From assembly GCA_951406725.2 (NCBI GenBank), contig OX597833.1, positions 6,758,001 to 6,822,000 on the forward strand: 64,000 nt of DNA, given 5' to 3'. The DNA comes from Octopus vulgaris (taxonomy: Eukaryota). A program made the translations under genes and the position numbers. Shown here one piece after another: positions 43,579 through 56,760 of the stretch (position 1 is its first letter; each line of letters starts with the position of its first letter). Below the pieces are notes generated by a model, which was not told where the DNA came from, did no database searches, and worked only from the letters and a program-made list of their open reading frames with translations.

Positions 43579-44216
43579 GAAATAAAAGGATGAAAAATCT
43601 GAAGCAGAACTGGAGTAGAGAAGGCTTGTTGATGATGAGATCGTGGATGGCAAGGAAAAGACTTCGATAAACCCAGCTGATTGATTGTTGGACCGAACGA
43701 TAATTCAAACAATCGATATTGCTTAATTGGTTAAATGAGTTATAATAATAAAAGAAGTGAAACAGAGTCAGTGCTTAATTTTGCTTTTAGCATAGTGAAC
43801 CTCCCAAGGTACAACAAAAATAACGAAAAGTTTCTCCTGTTCATACTCTCTCGTCTCAAAATGTAAATAACATGATATAATGTACTCTTAGATATATTAA
43901 TCCTGAATAAACGACATGATGGTCACGGTTGGAAAACTTTTAGTGATAGATCTATTTGCAAACCTTTATTGTTATCAATTATGAATTATCATTAAATAAT
44001 GTTTAGACACCGTTAATTCATATGTGACAGAGTGAATAGGTATCATGAAATACTGCGGCAAACAAAGGATTTGTAGATCAATACGAGTGCGAGAGCACTT
44101 ATTGTTTAACTCGGTATCAAGCATTTGAGCTGTGGTTTAGTGACTTCCTTAAGCTGTCTGAGCTGAGTTTAACAATGGTGTTTAAAAGATTTGAGCTTTA
44201 ATTTCAATGAAGTACA

Positions 44217-44578
44217 AAAGTAGGATCGTCTGCCTTCAAAGTAGGATCGGCTGCCTTCAAAGTAGGATCGTCAGCCTTCAAAGTAGGATCGTCTGCCTTC
44301 AAAGTAGGATCGTCAACCTTCAAAGTGTGATCGTCTGCCTTCAAATTAGGATCGTCTGATCCTTCAAAGTAGGATATCTGCCTTCAAAGTAGGATTTTCT
44401 GAGCCTTCAAAGTAGGATCGGCTGCCTTCAAATTAGGATCGTCTGAGCCTTCAAAATAGGATCGTCTGACTTCAAAGTAGGATCGTCTGCCTTCCATGAA
44501 GAATCGTCTGCGCTTTCAAAGTAGGATCGTCTGCTTTCTAAGAAGAATCGTCTGCGCTTTCAAAGTAGGATCGTCTGA
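44217..44578. repeat. 21-bp minisatellite (aaagtaggatcgtctgccttc), about 17 units
   Basis: Units counted by eye. Confidence 0.95.
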
Positions 44579-44945
44579 CATAAATGCACTTGTAGCGCTC
44601 CAATTCGTGGACGTCCCATGGAAGCCTCCAAAGAGAAGGTGTCCCGGACTCTTTTTAAAGCCCCCTTCATCCCCTTCAGTTCGTGGAAACAACCATAAAC
44701 CACAGGAAACAAGGGCCAGACTGTAGGTAGTGGGTGAGGGACAGCTTTAATGCCTATTTCTGCCGACTAGTTGATTACCAGAATACCCGTCCCTCAGCAT
44801 CCCAGGAACAAACGTTGCACAAATGTTGTTCTTGTTCAGATCTTCATGAATAATTCTGTTTACTGTTGTCACACCAACTCGAAACTGTAAGATTACTATC
44901 TTTATAGACACGCGACGGTCTTCATCGAGAAAATTGCAAAATATT
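44560..44945 (-). mobile_element. Deleted mariner transposase remnant
   Basis: DEDRRVSIK..VNRIIHEDL..ICATFVPGML; GIKAVPHP..; ERYKCIYVRRSYFE. Confidence 0.75.
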
Positions 44946-45221
44946 TTAAACAATTTGAGCCAAATATTTCAAGTATATTTAAAACGTTTTAATTTTGTTT
45001 TACTCAGTTTATTTTTAACCATTTTCTTAATTATTTCAAATATTTGTGCAATATTTTACTACACAAATTCAACTAGTTGAATTGTGACTGAGCATATATA
45101 TATATATATATATATGTATTATGTATGTATGTATGTATGTATGTATGTATGTATGTATGTATGTATGTATGTATGTATGTAGTATGTATGTATGTATGTA
45201 TGTATGTATGTATGTATGTAT

Positions 45222-45287
<66 letters not shown>

Positions 45288-45955
45288 TGTGCTGTAGTTA
45301 TTTCTACATAAATATATTTCTAAGTGTGTGTGTTTGTATGCATGTTTGTATGTATGTATGTATATCTAGACGTACACACACACGCATACAGTCACATATA
45401 CATACATGCATGGATACGTGTATGCGTTCATGCATATATACAAATATATACACATACGAGTTAATGTATGCCAGGTTTGTTATGCTTTAACTTCTACAAA
45501 TAAATAAAACCTGGTTCCTAACTAGGAAATTGGGAGACTTTATTGAAATTTAAATAATAAACATTGTAGAGACACATGTTAAACACCGTCGATTTGGTGT
45601 GTGTGTGTGTTTGGTTTAAAATTTGTGTATATGGACATGTATGTTTATTTGGGTGTAAAATTCAACAGCTGGCAAAACTAAGGTATTGAAAGAAGAAAGG
45701 AGGGGGATTGGAGCAGAAGTGAATTCAAGAATTTCGAAGCGATTTCAATTCACATATAAAAATGTGTGTGTGTGTGTGTGTGGACAACTGATAGATTTCT
45801 GTGATGTGGTGTATATACAGCTGACCAGCCTTGTCAGTGAATGTTATAGACAGAAACTGTGGTGAATCACGTAACACACACGCTCAAGTATTTGAGTTGA
45901 TTAGCTGTATAAATATGCACACAGTCACACACGCGTGCGCGCGCGCACACACACA

Positions 45956-46042
<87 letters not shown>

Positions 46043-46084
46043 GCACATACATACATACGTGTATATGTATATACATAAATACAT

Positions 46085-46232
46085 CAAGGTGTATTCCAGA
46101 AGTTTTGAGATTTTTTTCAGTAGAGGCATTTATCCATTTCGAAGAAGTAAAAAAACGTTAATCAGCATCAAAGTAAGATCGTCTGGCATTGGTTCGTTCT
46201 CTATTGGCAAGAAATCTTGGAATAAACTGGAT
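46085..46232. mobile_element. Short decayed MITE-like derivative of the same mariner family
   Basis: Terminus aaggtgtattccagaagtttt resembles the one at 5211; contains tcaaagtaagatcgtctggc (the minisatellite unit). Confidence 0.5.
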
Positions 46233-46412
46233 AAGGACATACATACATACATACATACATACATACATACATACATACATACATACATACATACATACAT
46301 ACATACATACATACATACATACATACATGCGTACATACATACATACATACATACATACATACATACATACATACATACATACATGCGTACATACATACAT
46401 ACATACGTACAA

Positions 46413-46938
46413 AATTTAGAGGACTGACCACTAAAGTGGACATTGTATATGCTAAACATAGACGTCAAATCTCCATTACCACAAGGAATGTATTCTCAAG
46501 AAAAATGTCAGCAAAAAAACAAAATGAAAAAATAAGCAAGACAAAAAAAAATATACGAAATAAAAACGATTACCTTTGTACCAATGGTTTCACTTGTTAA
46601 TATTTACGTATATGAACACGCAAATATCTGCAAGATCGTCAGCATAGTCTGTCGTTTACATCTAAATATAATTTGTAGAACATTATACATGTTGCATTTC
46701 GGTTGAGCGTTCTGTATCTAGTTCTTGCAGATATTTGCATGTCCATATACGTAAATATCAACAAGTGAAACCATTGGTACATAGGTAATCGTTTTTTATT
46801 TCATATATTTTCATTTATCTTGCTTATTTTTACATTTTTTTTTGGTGAGATTTTTCTTGAGAAGACATTATTCGTGGTAATGGTGATTTGACGTCTATGT
46901 TTAGCATATAGGGTGTCCACTTTAGTGGCCAGTCCTCT

Positions 46939-46943
<5 letters not shown>
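46413..46943. repeat. Inverted repeat (about 220-bp arms) overlapping a hammerhead
   Basis: 46413-46635 versus 46723-46943; bounded by (TACA)n and (TA)n. Confidence 0.9.
46574..46647 (-). ncRNA. Type-I hammerhead motif with long helix II
   Basis: Reverse complement: ctatg CTGACGA t CTTG..atatttgcgt/acgtaaatat..CAAG t GAAA CCATTGG TA caaag (catag in the other arm). Confidence 0.6.
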
Positions 46944-46991
<48 letters not shown>

Positions 46992-47175
46992 ATATATACT
47001 TGCATACATAGATATATACATACGTACACACAGACACCTACATACAAACATACATACACACACACACACACATACATACATACATACATACATACATAGT
47101 GCTAATATTCATAAATGCACACTAATACCAACATATAAACAAACACGCACACATGCACAAACGAACACACACACA

Positions 47176-47252
<77 letters not shown>

Positions 47253-48965
47253 ACACACAGTATGGCAAGGAACAGAAATGGAAATCTTTGTGAATGACGA
47301 CAACAAGTTAAGGTTCGGGTTCGGGCCGGGGTTAAGGGTGTACGTGGGTGGTAGAGGCAGCGGTGGGGGGATGAGTGCGTGGGCGGGGTGGTGGAAAAGG
47401 AATGAGTTGGAGGGGTCGGGGGGGATGAGCAAGCAAGACAAATTAGGTTAGCCAGGGGTAAATGGCTGTGGGGTGTGTGTGGGGAGCCCCGTCTGGGTGT
47501 GAAAGGGTTAGAGGTATGTTAAAGAGATGTGAGGGTCAGTAATTGGATAAGGATAAACATCGACAACTGTGGGGGCGGGGCGGTGGTGGGTGGCAGGTGG
47601 TGGTGTGGTGATCGTGTTTGTTGTTGTTTTCCTTGTTGTTGTTGTTGTTGTTGTAACTGTTGAGGTGTTGTTGATGTTGTTATTGATATTATTGTCAGTA
47701 ATGGTGAGGAGTTTTATGGTAATTATGATGAATGGGATGATGTCGGTGATGATGATGATGATGATGATGATAATGATGATGATGATGATGATCATGATGA
47801 CGGAGCTGATGATGATGATGACGGTAGTGATGATCATGATCATGATCATGGTGACGGAGTTGATGATCGTGGTGGTGATGATGATGATGATGATGATAAT
47901 GATGATGGAAAAAACGACGATATTAATGGCCATGTCGGTGATGACGATGACGCCGACGACGACGCTGCTTCTACTGTTCCAACCGATTACGATGGCGATG
48001 ATGATAACGACGATGACGACGACGACGACGGCGGCGATGACGGCGATGATGATGATGATGATGATGAAGGAGGCGATGTTTTGAAAAGTTAGCTTTCTGA
48101 CTCGGAAATAAACAAATCTTGAAAATTAGTCGCCAAACAGGAAGATAGAAAGTGAGATAGTGACAGAGGGGGGCGGGGGGCGGCGGAGGGAAGAGCCATA
48201 CACACAGACAGACACGTGTGGGTCTATAGACATAGCTGTATGCACACACGGACACATGTGTGTGTTTGTGTGTGTGTTTGTGTGTGTTTGTGAGACTCTA
48301 TAAACATAAATATATAGACATGTTTGTGTGTCTCCATACATAGATATATACACACACAGACACGTGTGTGTCTATTTAATTATGTAGACAAACATGGTCA
48401 TGTGTGCCTTAACACATATCAAAGGAACAATGTGTGTATATGTCTGTATACAAACACACATATAACATATGCATAGGTGTACATACATATATATATATGT
48501 GTGTGTGTGTGTGTCTATGAGTGTACATATACATACATGCACACGCACACAGGTATATGTAATGTATGTGTATTATATGCACTACCTGTGTCTATAGATG
48601 CACCTTATATCTGTATATACACACTATGTGTGTCTATGTATATGTCATGTGCATCTATATATGCAGACAATGATATATAAATGTATGTTATGTGCGAGTG
48701 TATGTGATTGTGCGTGTCTTGGCATGTGTTTCGATGTGTATGTATATATAGATATATATTGTGTATATATGTATGCATATATGCATGTATATATATATAT
48801 GTATGTATGTATGTATGTGTGTATGTATGTATGTATGTGTGTATGTATGTATGTGTGCATGTATGTATGTATGTATATATGTGTATATATGTATGTGTAT
48901 ATGTATATATATGTATATATGTATGTATATATGTATATATGTATGTATATATATAGAGAGAGATG

Positions 48966-49007
<42 letters not shown>

Positions 49008-49749
49008 CATGTATATACACCTGCAGTTGCACTAATCCCTCCTAGGAGACAAGTCAGTGCCGGATTATCAAATACAACGCTGCTTTGGATATCAAAGTTT
49101 TAAAAATATCGTGAATTTTAAAGCAGTCACTCCGCAAGTGTATAACTGTATATTTCCAGCAATTTCAATCGCCATTGCCATCTTTCCGCCGGACAAGCGA
49201 AACAATCTACTCACAAATGCATAAGTCTTCTGCGATGCTTATACCTTTGTGTACTTACTTCCCATTGTCAATGAGCATTGTACCTGAAATTGACATACAC
49301 TCGCCTCACAACGTACTAAACCACTTAAACAAAACTATTTCAAATTTAGAATATTTTGATCCTTTCCTGAATCTTTACTATTCATCAGCTCCTTTCAATC
49401 AACCTGGAATTGCATGGGCTATCCCGTCCCTTTTTTGTTTCGTTTTTTTTTTTTTTTAATTTTCAAGAATTTATTGTATATTTACACATGACAATGTTAC
49501 TACATTCTCACTTCTATTGAAACACGAAATTATTTCGGTTCAAGTGTATCGAATGCCGGTGCGAGTTATGGATTTTCTTCTTATACGTTCCGTACCAAAG
49601 GATACTCTTGCTAGCATTGGAAGTTATGCTTAGTAATACCTGGACAATATGTGTGTGTATGTGTGTGTGTGTGTGTGTATACACATACATATATACATAA
49701 TTATATTATATATTCGTATACATATATATATACATGCATGCATACATAA

Positions 49750-49953
49750 TAAAGCTATCGTGGGTATTAAGTTCCAAAACCCACCGCGATAGTTGAAACT
49801 CCGCGAAGTAGAAACAGCACTGTATATTTTTTTTTATTATTTTTATAATTTGTATATATTTATTTTATTATAAATGCAAAATAACACCACGGGGAAATCG
49901 ACGTAAGCTTAGATAATTAACCGCGATAGGTGAACCGCGATATGGCGAGGGAT

Positions 49954-49959
<6 letters not shown>
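49750..49959. mobile_element. Tigger/pogo-like MITE, left end decayed
   Basis: Right end ccgcgataggtgaaccgcgatatggcgagggattact-ta; internal ccgcga repeats. Confidence 0.6.
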
Positions 49960-49991
<32 letters not shown>

Positions 49992-50014
49992 AGATAGATA
50001 GATAGATGTAGATA

Positions 50015-50122
<108 letters not shown>

Positions 50123-50214
50123 GTATACACTTAGATTCTAATGAATACTGTAACTAATCTATGTGTGTGTGTGTATTTGTGTTGTGTGTATGTGTTTATG
50201 TCGTGTTGTGTGTG

Positions 50215-50456
50215 TGAGTTTGTGTGTGTGTCTTTGTGTTGGTCACCCATCCTCACTTGACATCCAGTGTTGGTGTGTTTACGTCCCCGTAACTTAGCAC
50301 TTCGGCAAAAGAGACCGACAGAATAAGTGGCAGGCCTTCCAAAAGAAAAAAAAAAATAAATAAATACTGAAGTCGATTCATCCAATTAAAAATTCTACGA
50401 GGCGGTGCTCCAGCATGGCCGCAGTCTGATGACTGAAACAAGTAAAAGATAAAAGA
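50215..50456 (+). mobile_element. Family-A SINE 3' half
   Basis: gtgtttacgtccccgtaacttagc..ggtgctccagcatggccgcag..gaaacaagtaaaag. Confidence 0.85.
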
Positions 50457-50878
50457 TGCCCTCACACCACTACCCACCAGAGTATTGTGATTTAGGTACC
50501 TGGGTGCGTGTGCAGGGTATGGATAAGCATGGGAGTAATTAAAAAAGGGCGTTCGTTTAGTTTAAATGCATGAATGTTAATAAATTACAGCTGAAGTTGT
50601 ATGTTTGACTTTTTAAAGGGGTAGAAATACCCTTTCAAATTTAGTTGGGAGTGGAGTCACATCTAGATTTTGTGCACGTGTATACATGAATGTGTGTGTG
50701 TGTGTGTGTGTTTTCTTATGCATGAGCACCTAGTAATTACATCACATACTTACACACACACACATCCATATGTGTGTGTATATGCATATTCATGTATATA
50801 TTTATGTGTGTGTCTGGATGTGGGGCTGTGTGTGCGTGCAGGCTGTATATGCACATTAAGTGTCATAATTATGTGTAA

Positions 50879-51150
50879 ATATTCTGTTGTGTCTGGGGAG
50901 AGTCATTCTCTTTTGGTGCCTTATAATTTAACACACTCACCGGTAAAATTTTCATTCGTTTTCTTCTTTATTCTCCTAAAACTTTTCGTTGCTTTTTGCA
51001 AACTTTTAAATAGTTGTTAAGTCAACAACTATTGAAAAGAGTCGACGAAAATTTTAGAAAAATAAAAATGTAAATGAGTGGAAATTTTGCCGATGTGTTA
51101 AATTATAAGGCAATAAAGGAGAATGACTCTCCCCAGACACAACAGAATAT
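50879..51150. mobile_element. Fold-back/MITE-like palindrome with no hammerhead seen
   Basis: atattctgttgtgtctggggagagtcattctc / gagaatgactctccccagacacaacagaatat; arms meet near 51020. Confidence 0.75.
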
Positions 51151-51332
51151 GCTTCAACACACGAACTCACATAAAGAATCTTGCAAACCAAATCCCAAAA
51201 CAAAATATGTATGAATACTCATGTGAGAATATTAGATGCTTGTGAGCGTGTATAAATACTGGTAGATATGTGTGTACATATTAACGTATATTGTTGCTAG
51301 GAAGTACGTTGGGATGATGTATATAAATGAGG

Positions 51333-51645
51333 AGACCCCCTTCGGTCATGAATGACCATGGGGTTGCACCTAGAAAGTTACCCTCCAAGGTACAAGGTTG
51401 TTTGTGGAAAGCCAGCAGTCGCCCATGCATACCAGCCTCCCCTCTCCACACCACTGATGTTATCCAAGGGAAAGTCAAAGGGGCCGATACAGCTTGGTAC
51501 CAGTGACGTTGCTACTCATTTCTACAGCTGAGTGACCTGGAGCAATATGAAGTAAAGTATCTTGCTCAAAAACAACACGCATCCCGGTCCGGGAATCGAA
51601 CTCACAACCTCACGATCGCAAGCTCGACGGTCCAGCCACTGAGCC

Positions 51646-51648
<3 letters not shown>
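51333..51648 (-). mobile_element. SINE with family-B head and core but a different tail
   Basis: Reverse complement gtggctcagtgg..gagttcgattcc..ttgagcaagatacttta; tail ..ggtcattcatgaccgaaggggg. Confidence 0.8.
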
Positions 51649-51722
<74 letters not shown>

Positions 51723-51734
51723 TATATGTAGGTA

Positions 51735-51794
<60 letters not shown>

Positions 51795-52051
51795 GGTATG
51801 TACACATATATATATATATATATACTCAAAAACACACACTTAAATATAGTCATATAGTCTACCTATGTGTTAGGGTGTGTGTATATGCAAATAGAGAACA
51901 TGTGTGCGTATATGTTTGTGTTGATTTGTGTGTGCATGTGATTTGTGTGTGTGTGTATAACATATGCACACATATAACCTATGTACTCATCTTTTGTGAG
52001 TGTATACATATAAACTATTTTTGTAAAAGTATATATATGTGTGTCTGTGAG

Positions 52052-52103
<52 letters not shown>

Positions 52104-52240
52104 TGCATATGTACACACATGCGTATGTATTAGTATGTATGTGCGCATATATGTAATATGTATGCATGTTAGTATGTCTATATACATATACCTGTGTATA
52201 TCTGTGTGTGAATGTGTCTATGTGTGTGTGTATATCTATA

Positions 52241-52295
<55 letters not shown>

Positions 52296-53271
52296 AGGAG
52301 GTGACAACAGTAATTACAGAATCAGCAAAGAACAACATATTTAATTGGATAGAACCGGGTGGCAGGGTGGAGATACGGGTATAGGTGTTGTGAGGTGTAT
52401 GTTAGATCGTGGTTGGTTGTAGGGGGTGTTTAGTAGAGGTATCAGTAGTGGTGGTAGAGGTACAATAACGAGTATGGGTGTTTGTGTGGTAGTGCGGGTG
52501 GCCCGGGGTGGTTTAACGGTGTGGTGGCAGAGGGTGATGGTCGTGGTTGGTAGGTCGGGTAGATGGAGCTTGATTAGCGTGGGTGGCAGTCTGATGGTGT
52601 GTGCGTGTGGGTGAGGGTAGGTGATGTGATGGTTTGGGTGTTGATAATGGTGGAACGGTGGTGTAGGTGGTGATACGGGTGTGTTTGTATGCAATTGGGG
52701 TATGCGGAGCTGTAGAGGTGTAGGTGGCGGTATGAGGATAAATTGATGAGTAGATGTCATGGCATATGCGTGTGGGGCCCAGGCAATATAAGGATTCGGG
52801 GTAGATTCTGAGTAGAGGCACTGTGGGGTAGGGTGACATAAGAATGGTGGAAAAAGTGGGGTGAGTTGTGTTGAGTGAAAGAACGATGTGGTGTGGTGCA
52901 ATTCTTAGAGAGAGGATTTGTTGGGAGGTGGGGTAGATATGGGATGGGTTGGAGGGGTCGGGTGGAACAATGAGGGTGACGCAATTTACTGTTGTTGTTA
53001 TTGTTGTCAATATTATTCTTCCCTTTCATCCCATCGGGATCAATAAAATAAGAACCGATTGATCGCTGGAGGTCGATGTAATCGTCTTAGCCCCTCCCCT
53101 CAAATTACTGGGTTGATCACAAAATGCGAAGACAATATTATTGTTACAGTTGTTGTTGTTACTGCTGCTGCACTACTTCCCAATGTTATTATGCAAATGT
53201 AACCAACTCCAAACTCAAGGCGAGCGATAGAGGCCAAGCCCATATCCGTCTGATCCACTTTCCCTTTTCAG

Positions 53272-53318
53272 TGGACACCTCGTCTGCTCCTTGCTGTGGC
53301 TTCTGCAAGAGTCTATGA
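53272..53318 (+). CDS. Candidate terminal exon (V)DTSSAPCCGFCKSL*
   Basis: Strong acceptor ctgatccactttcccttttcag; one frame ends in CCxxCaaX; frame and partner exons unknown. Confidence 0.2.
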
Positions 53319-54124
53319 CCTTGCAGGAATAGAGAGGACAGTGGACAGTGGACAATGCATAGGGGACAGTGAACCCAAACTGTTATACTGTATCACATAC
53401 GAGTAATTTTAGTGGATGCTTTTCGGAGAATAGTGGAATAGGGTCTTCAGTTGGACACAGTTATGGGACGATAACTGAGTAAATGGCGCAGTGGGTCCCT
53501 CGATCAGGACAAGCTTTGGAATTAACATCACCATCACTACCAACAGTAGCCACATCACTCTGTTTCTCAGTGTGTGTGTCTGTGTGTGTGTGTGTGTGTG
53601 TGAGTGTGAGTTACTTGGTCATTACGGTATGATCGGGGTGTGTTTAATGGCAGTAATCAATCCAGTTATAAGATTGAACAACTGAAATACAATGGAACTG
53701 GTAACGGTCTGTGTCTGTAAAGAGCAGTATAACAAACAAGTTCAAGGTTACTTCACCAAGCAAGGTCAAGGTCAGTCACTGTTAGTAATTTCAATGTAAC
53801 CTAAACAGATAATCGACAGCGGTTGGACCAAGGTCATCTAACAAATAAATGAAGGTCAACAGAACTGAAGGGGAGATAACCAAACATTTCCTACATTTTT
53901 ATAAAAGACTCTAATGTCAGAATGGACAACAAATACATTAAATACAAATTGAACCAACTTATCAGCCGATGTCTTTTGGATTGGGATTAAAAGCCTTCCA
54001 AATGTGACCAAAAAAACAATTTTTCAGACATAGGACTAAATTATCCAGATTGTAGAGTATGATTTGGGGAAGATTTAGCTGCAATTTCTAACAAGTCAAA
54101 TGACGAAATAGAGGCTCACTTTTT

Positions 54125-54980
54125 GTTGTGAACAATTGTTAACATGACGTAGTGAACGGTTCAATATGTAGCGAACACTTAATGAAATTATTCTGGTGAA
54201 CAATTGTTGAACATTTTCTTGTGAAACGATATTGAATATGTTCTGGTATGCACATATGAAGGATATTCTAACGAGCACTTGTTAAGCAGGTTCTTGTGAA
54301 CTCGCGTTGAACATGCTCCGGTGATTAGTCGTTGAACGTATATTGAACATGTTCTGTTAAATATGCAATAACATGTTCATAAGCACAACTGTGTAGCATG
54401 AGACCAAACATTGAACTGGTCTCTGAATTCTTGCTATAAACAACTACGTGTCCAGAGGAACATATTCACGGTAAACATATGTTATTTTCTACTCTAGGCA
54501 CAAGGCCCTAAATTTGGGGGGAAGGGGGACAGTCGATAAGATCGATCTCAGTACTCAACTGGTACTTAATTTATCGACCCCGAAAGGATGAAAGGCAAAG
54601 TTGACCTCGGCGGAATTTAAACTCAGGACGTAAAGACAAACGAAATACCTCTAAGCGTTTCGCCCGAATTTGCTAACGTTTCTGCCAGCACGCCGTCTGA
54701 CGGTGAACATATGTTGAATATGTTCTACTGAACACTGAAACGTATCATGGTGAACAAACATTGAACATATTCCATTAAATACGTGTTGGACATATTCTGG
54801 TAAAGATGTGTTAATCATAAAAAGTAGCGAATATATGTTGGACATATTCTAGTGAACACTTATTGAACATGCTCTAGTGAACACATGTCGAAGGTGTTTT
54901 AGTGAACAAGGTGTTTTAGTTGAACAAGCTCTAGTAAACAGTAGCAAGTTTAGCTAAACATGTTCTAACTAAACGTGTTC
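54125..54980. repeat. Degenerate ~25-bp tandem repeat (gtgaacaattgttgaacatgttctg-like)
   Basis: Recurring gtgaaca..ttgaacat(g/a)ttct; interrupted by a SINE. Confidence 0.7.
54484..54698 (-). mobile_element. SINE family C with a 16-bp flanking duplication
   Basis: acggt(a/g)aacatatgtt at 54468-54483 and 54700-54715. Confidence 0.85.
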
Positions 54981-55109
54981 TTGATGGAGGACGGACCATC
55001 ACTATTACCTGTCTTCTGGCAAAAGATAATCTAGCCATTAATACTAAGGCAAGCAGTGGGAACACAGTAAGTATAACGTGTGCTGCATGAGTTTGCAGAT
55101 ACAAGAATA

Positions 55110-55145
<36 letters not shown>

Positions 55146-55710
55146 TTCATGAAACAAGTCTTTGAAGGTGGTTGATTAACTTAGACAAGAGCAACAGTAA
55201 TTTCACAGCGGAGCAACAACAACAGCAGCAACAACAACAACAACAACAACAGCAACAGCAACAACAACATATGTTTATCATGAAAGATAAAGTTCAAGGT
55301 TAAGCTCTGCATTTGTAAGGTACCTACCCCACCACCCCATAGACACCTTTATTTCCCGCCCCCACCCCCACCAACCTACCTACATGCCTTACCTGTCTAC
55401 CTTATACCGTGATGCACTAGTAACATCACCACCACTACCCTACCACCACCACCCCACTACCGACTCCGCCACCAGCGCCGCCTGTTACACCTGTTAACTA
55501 GTCTCAGTTGGATCTCCGCCAATCAGACACCGGAGAATTGGCAGACAGATGCAAGCATCCAACCAGCATAACAATGCATGCGCAGGCGCAGTACACACAC
55601 ACACATACACACTGTGATCACACTCATGCATAGGCATACACACACCGATTCACATACATCCATATATGCATTCGCATGCATATATATGCATGTGTGTGTG
55701 TGTGTGTGTG

Positions 55711-55751
<41 letters not shown>

Positions 55752-55779
55752 CCGACGAAGTGCCTGTTATATATAACTG

Positions 55780-56082
55780 GCAATCCGTCGGTTACGACGG
55801 TGCAGGTTCCAGAACAGCTTGCTCGTGAAATTAACTTGCAAGTGGCTGAGTACTCCACAGACAAGTGTACCCCTTCACATACTTCTCAGAGAGATTCAGC
55901 GTGACATAGAGTGTGCCAAGACTGGCCCCTCTGAATCACAGGTACAACTCATTTTTGCCAGCTGAGTGGACTGGAGCAACGTGAAATAAAGTGTCTTGCT
56001 CAAGGACACAATGCACCGCCGGAAATCGAACTCGCAACCCAACGATCACGAGCCGAATACCCTAACCACTAACCACGCGCCT
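55780..56082 (-). mobile_element. Full-length SINE family B
   Basis: Reverse complement ggcgcgtggttagtggttagggtattcggctcgtgatcg..gagttcgatttcc; tail matches 59317-59690. Confidence 0.9.
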
Positions 56083-56192
56083 TTACAAGCAATAGGTGTA
56101 CGCGTGTGTGAACGTGCATGTTTGTGCGCATGTGTACATGCACCTTTCTATGTGTGCGTGTGAATAAGGTCAGCTGCCAGATAAGCACTCAC

Positions 56193-56223
56193 CTGCTAAT
56201 GATGAAGGAACCAGCAACATTCA
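56193..56223 (-). other. Candidate 31-nt microexon
   Basis: cctaac branch point, cgtctctcctcaaccaaccgcag acceptor, CAG|gtgagt donor. Confidence 0.25.
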
Positions 56224-56326
56224 CTGCGGTTGGTTGAGGAGAGACGGTTAGGGATAACGGACAACTTAACAAGAAACAACAGGAAACAAAGCAAGATAAT
56301 GGCCATCCGGTAATTTGACTGCAGGA

Positions 56327-56384
<58 letters not shown>

Positions 56385-56516
56385 GCTGACACGGAAGCCT
56401 ACTACAGACCCCTAGCTCCAGTCTCAGTTGTGAACTTGAAACCTAACGGATGATTAATTATAGCACTTATACAACGTACTTATTCGTTTAGATCACCACT
56501 GAACTAAACCTCTCAT

Positions 56517-56581
<65 letters not shown>

Positions 56582-56760
56582 GCACGTATATATGATATTA
56601 TTTGGTAAGAGCCATTAAGCAATACAGCCTTTAATCACAATTTTCGGTTATTTTTTGTCTATATTTCACTTCTCTTGCTTTTTCAAAACACTTGATGTTT
56701 GCTTGTGTCCCGCAACAAAGTATTCCTTTTTCAAAGTAATACTATTCAAATGTAATCCAG

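Noticed and set aside
44217-44578. CRISPR-like regular repeat
   Set aside because: No unique spacers, eukaryotic context and no cas genes; it is a tandem minisatellite
49355-49395. Minus-strand CTGATGA..GAAA
   Set aside because: No properly placed helix II or helix III/UH
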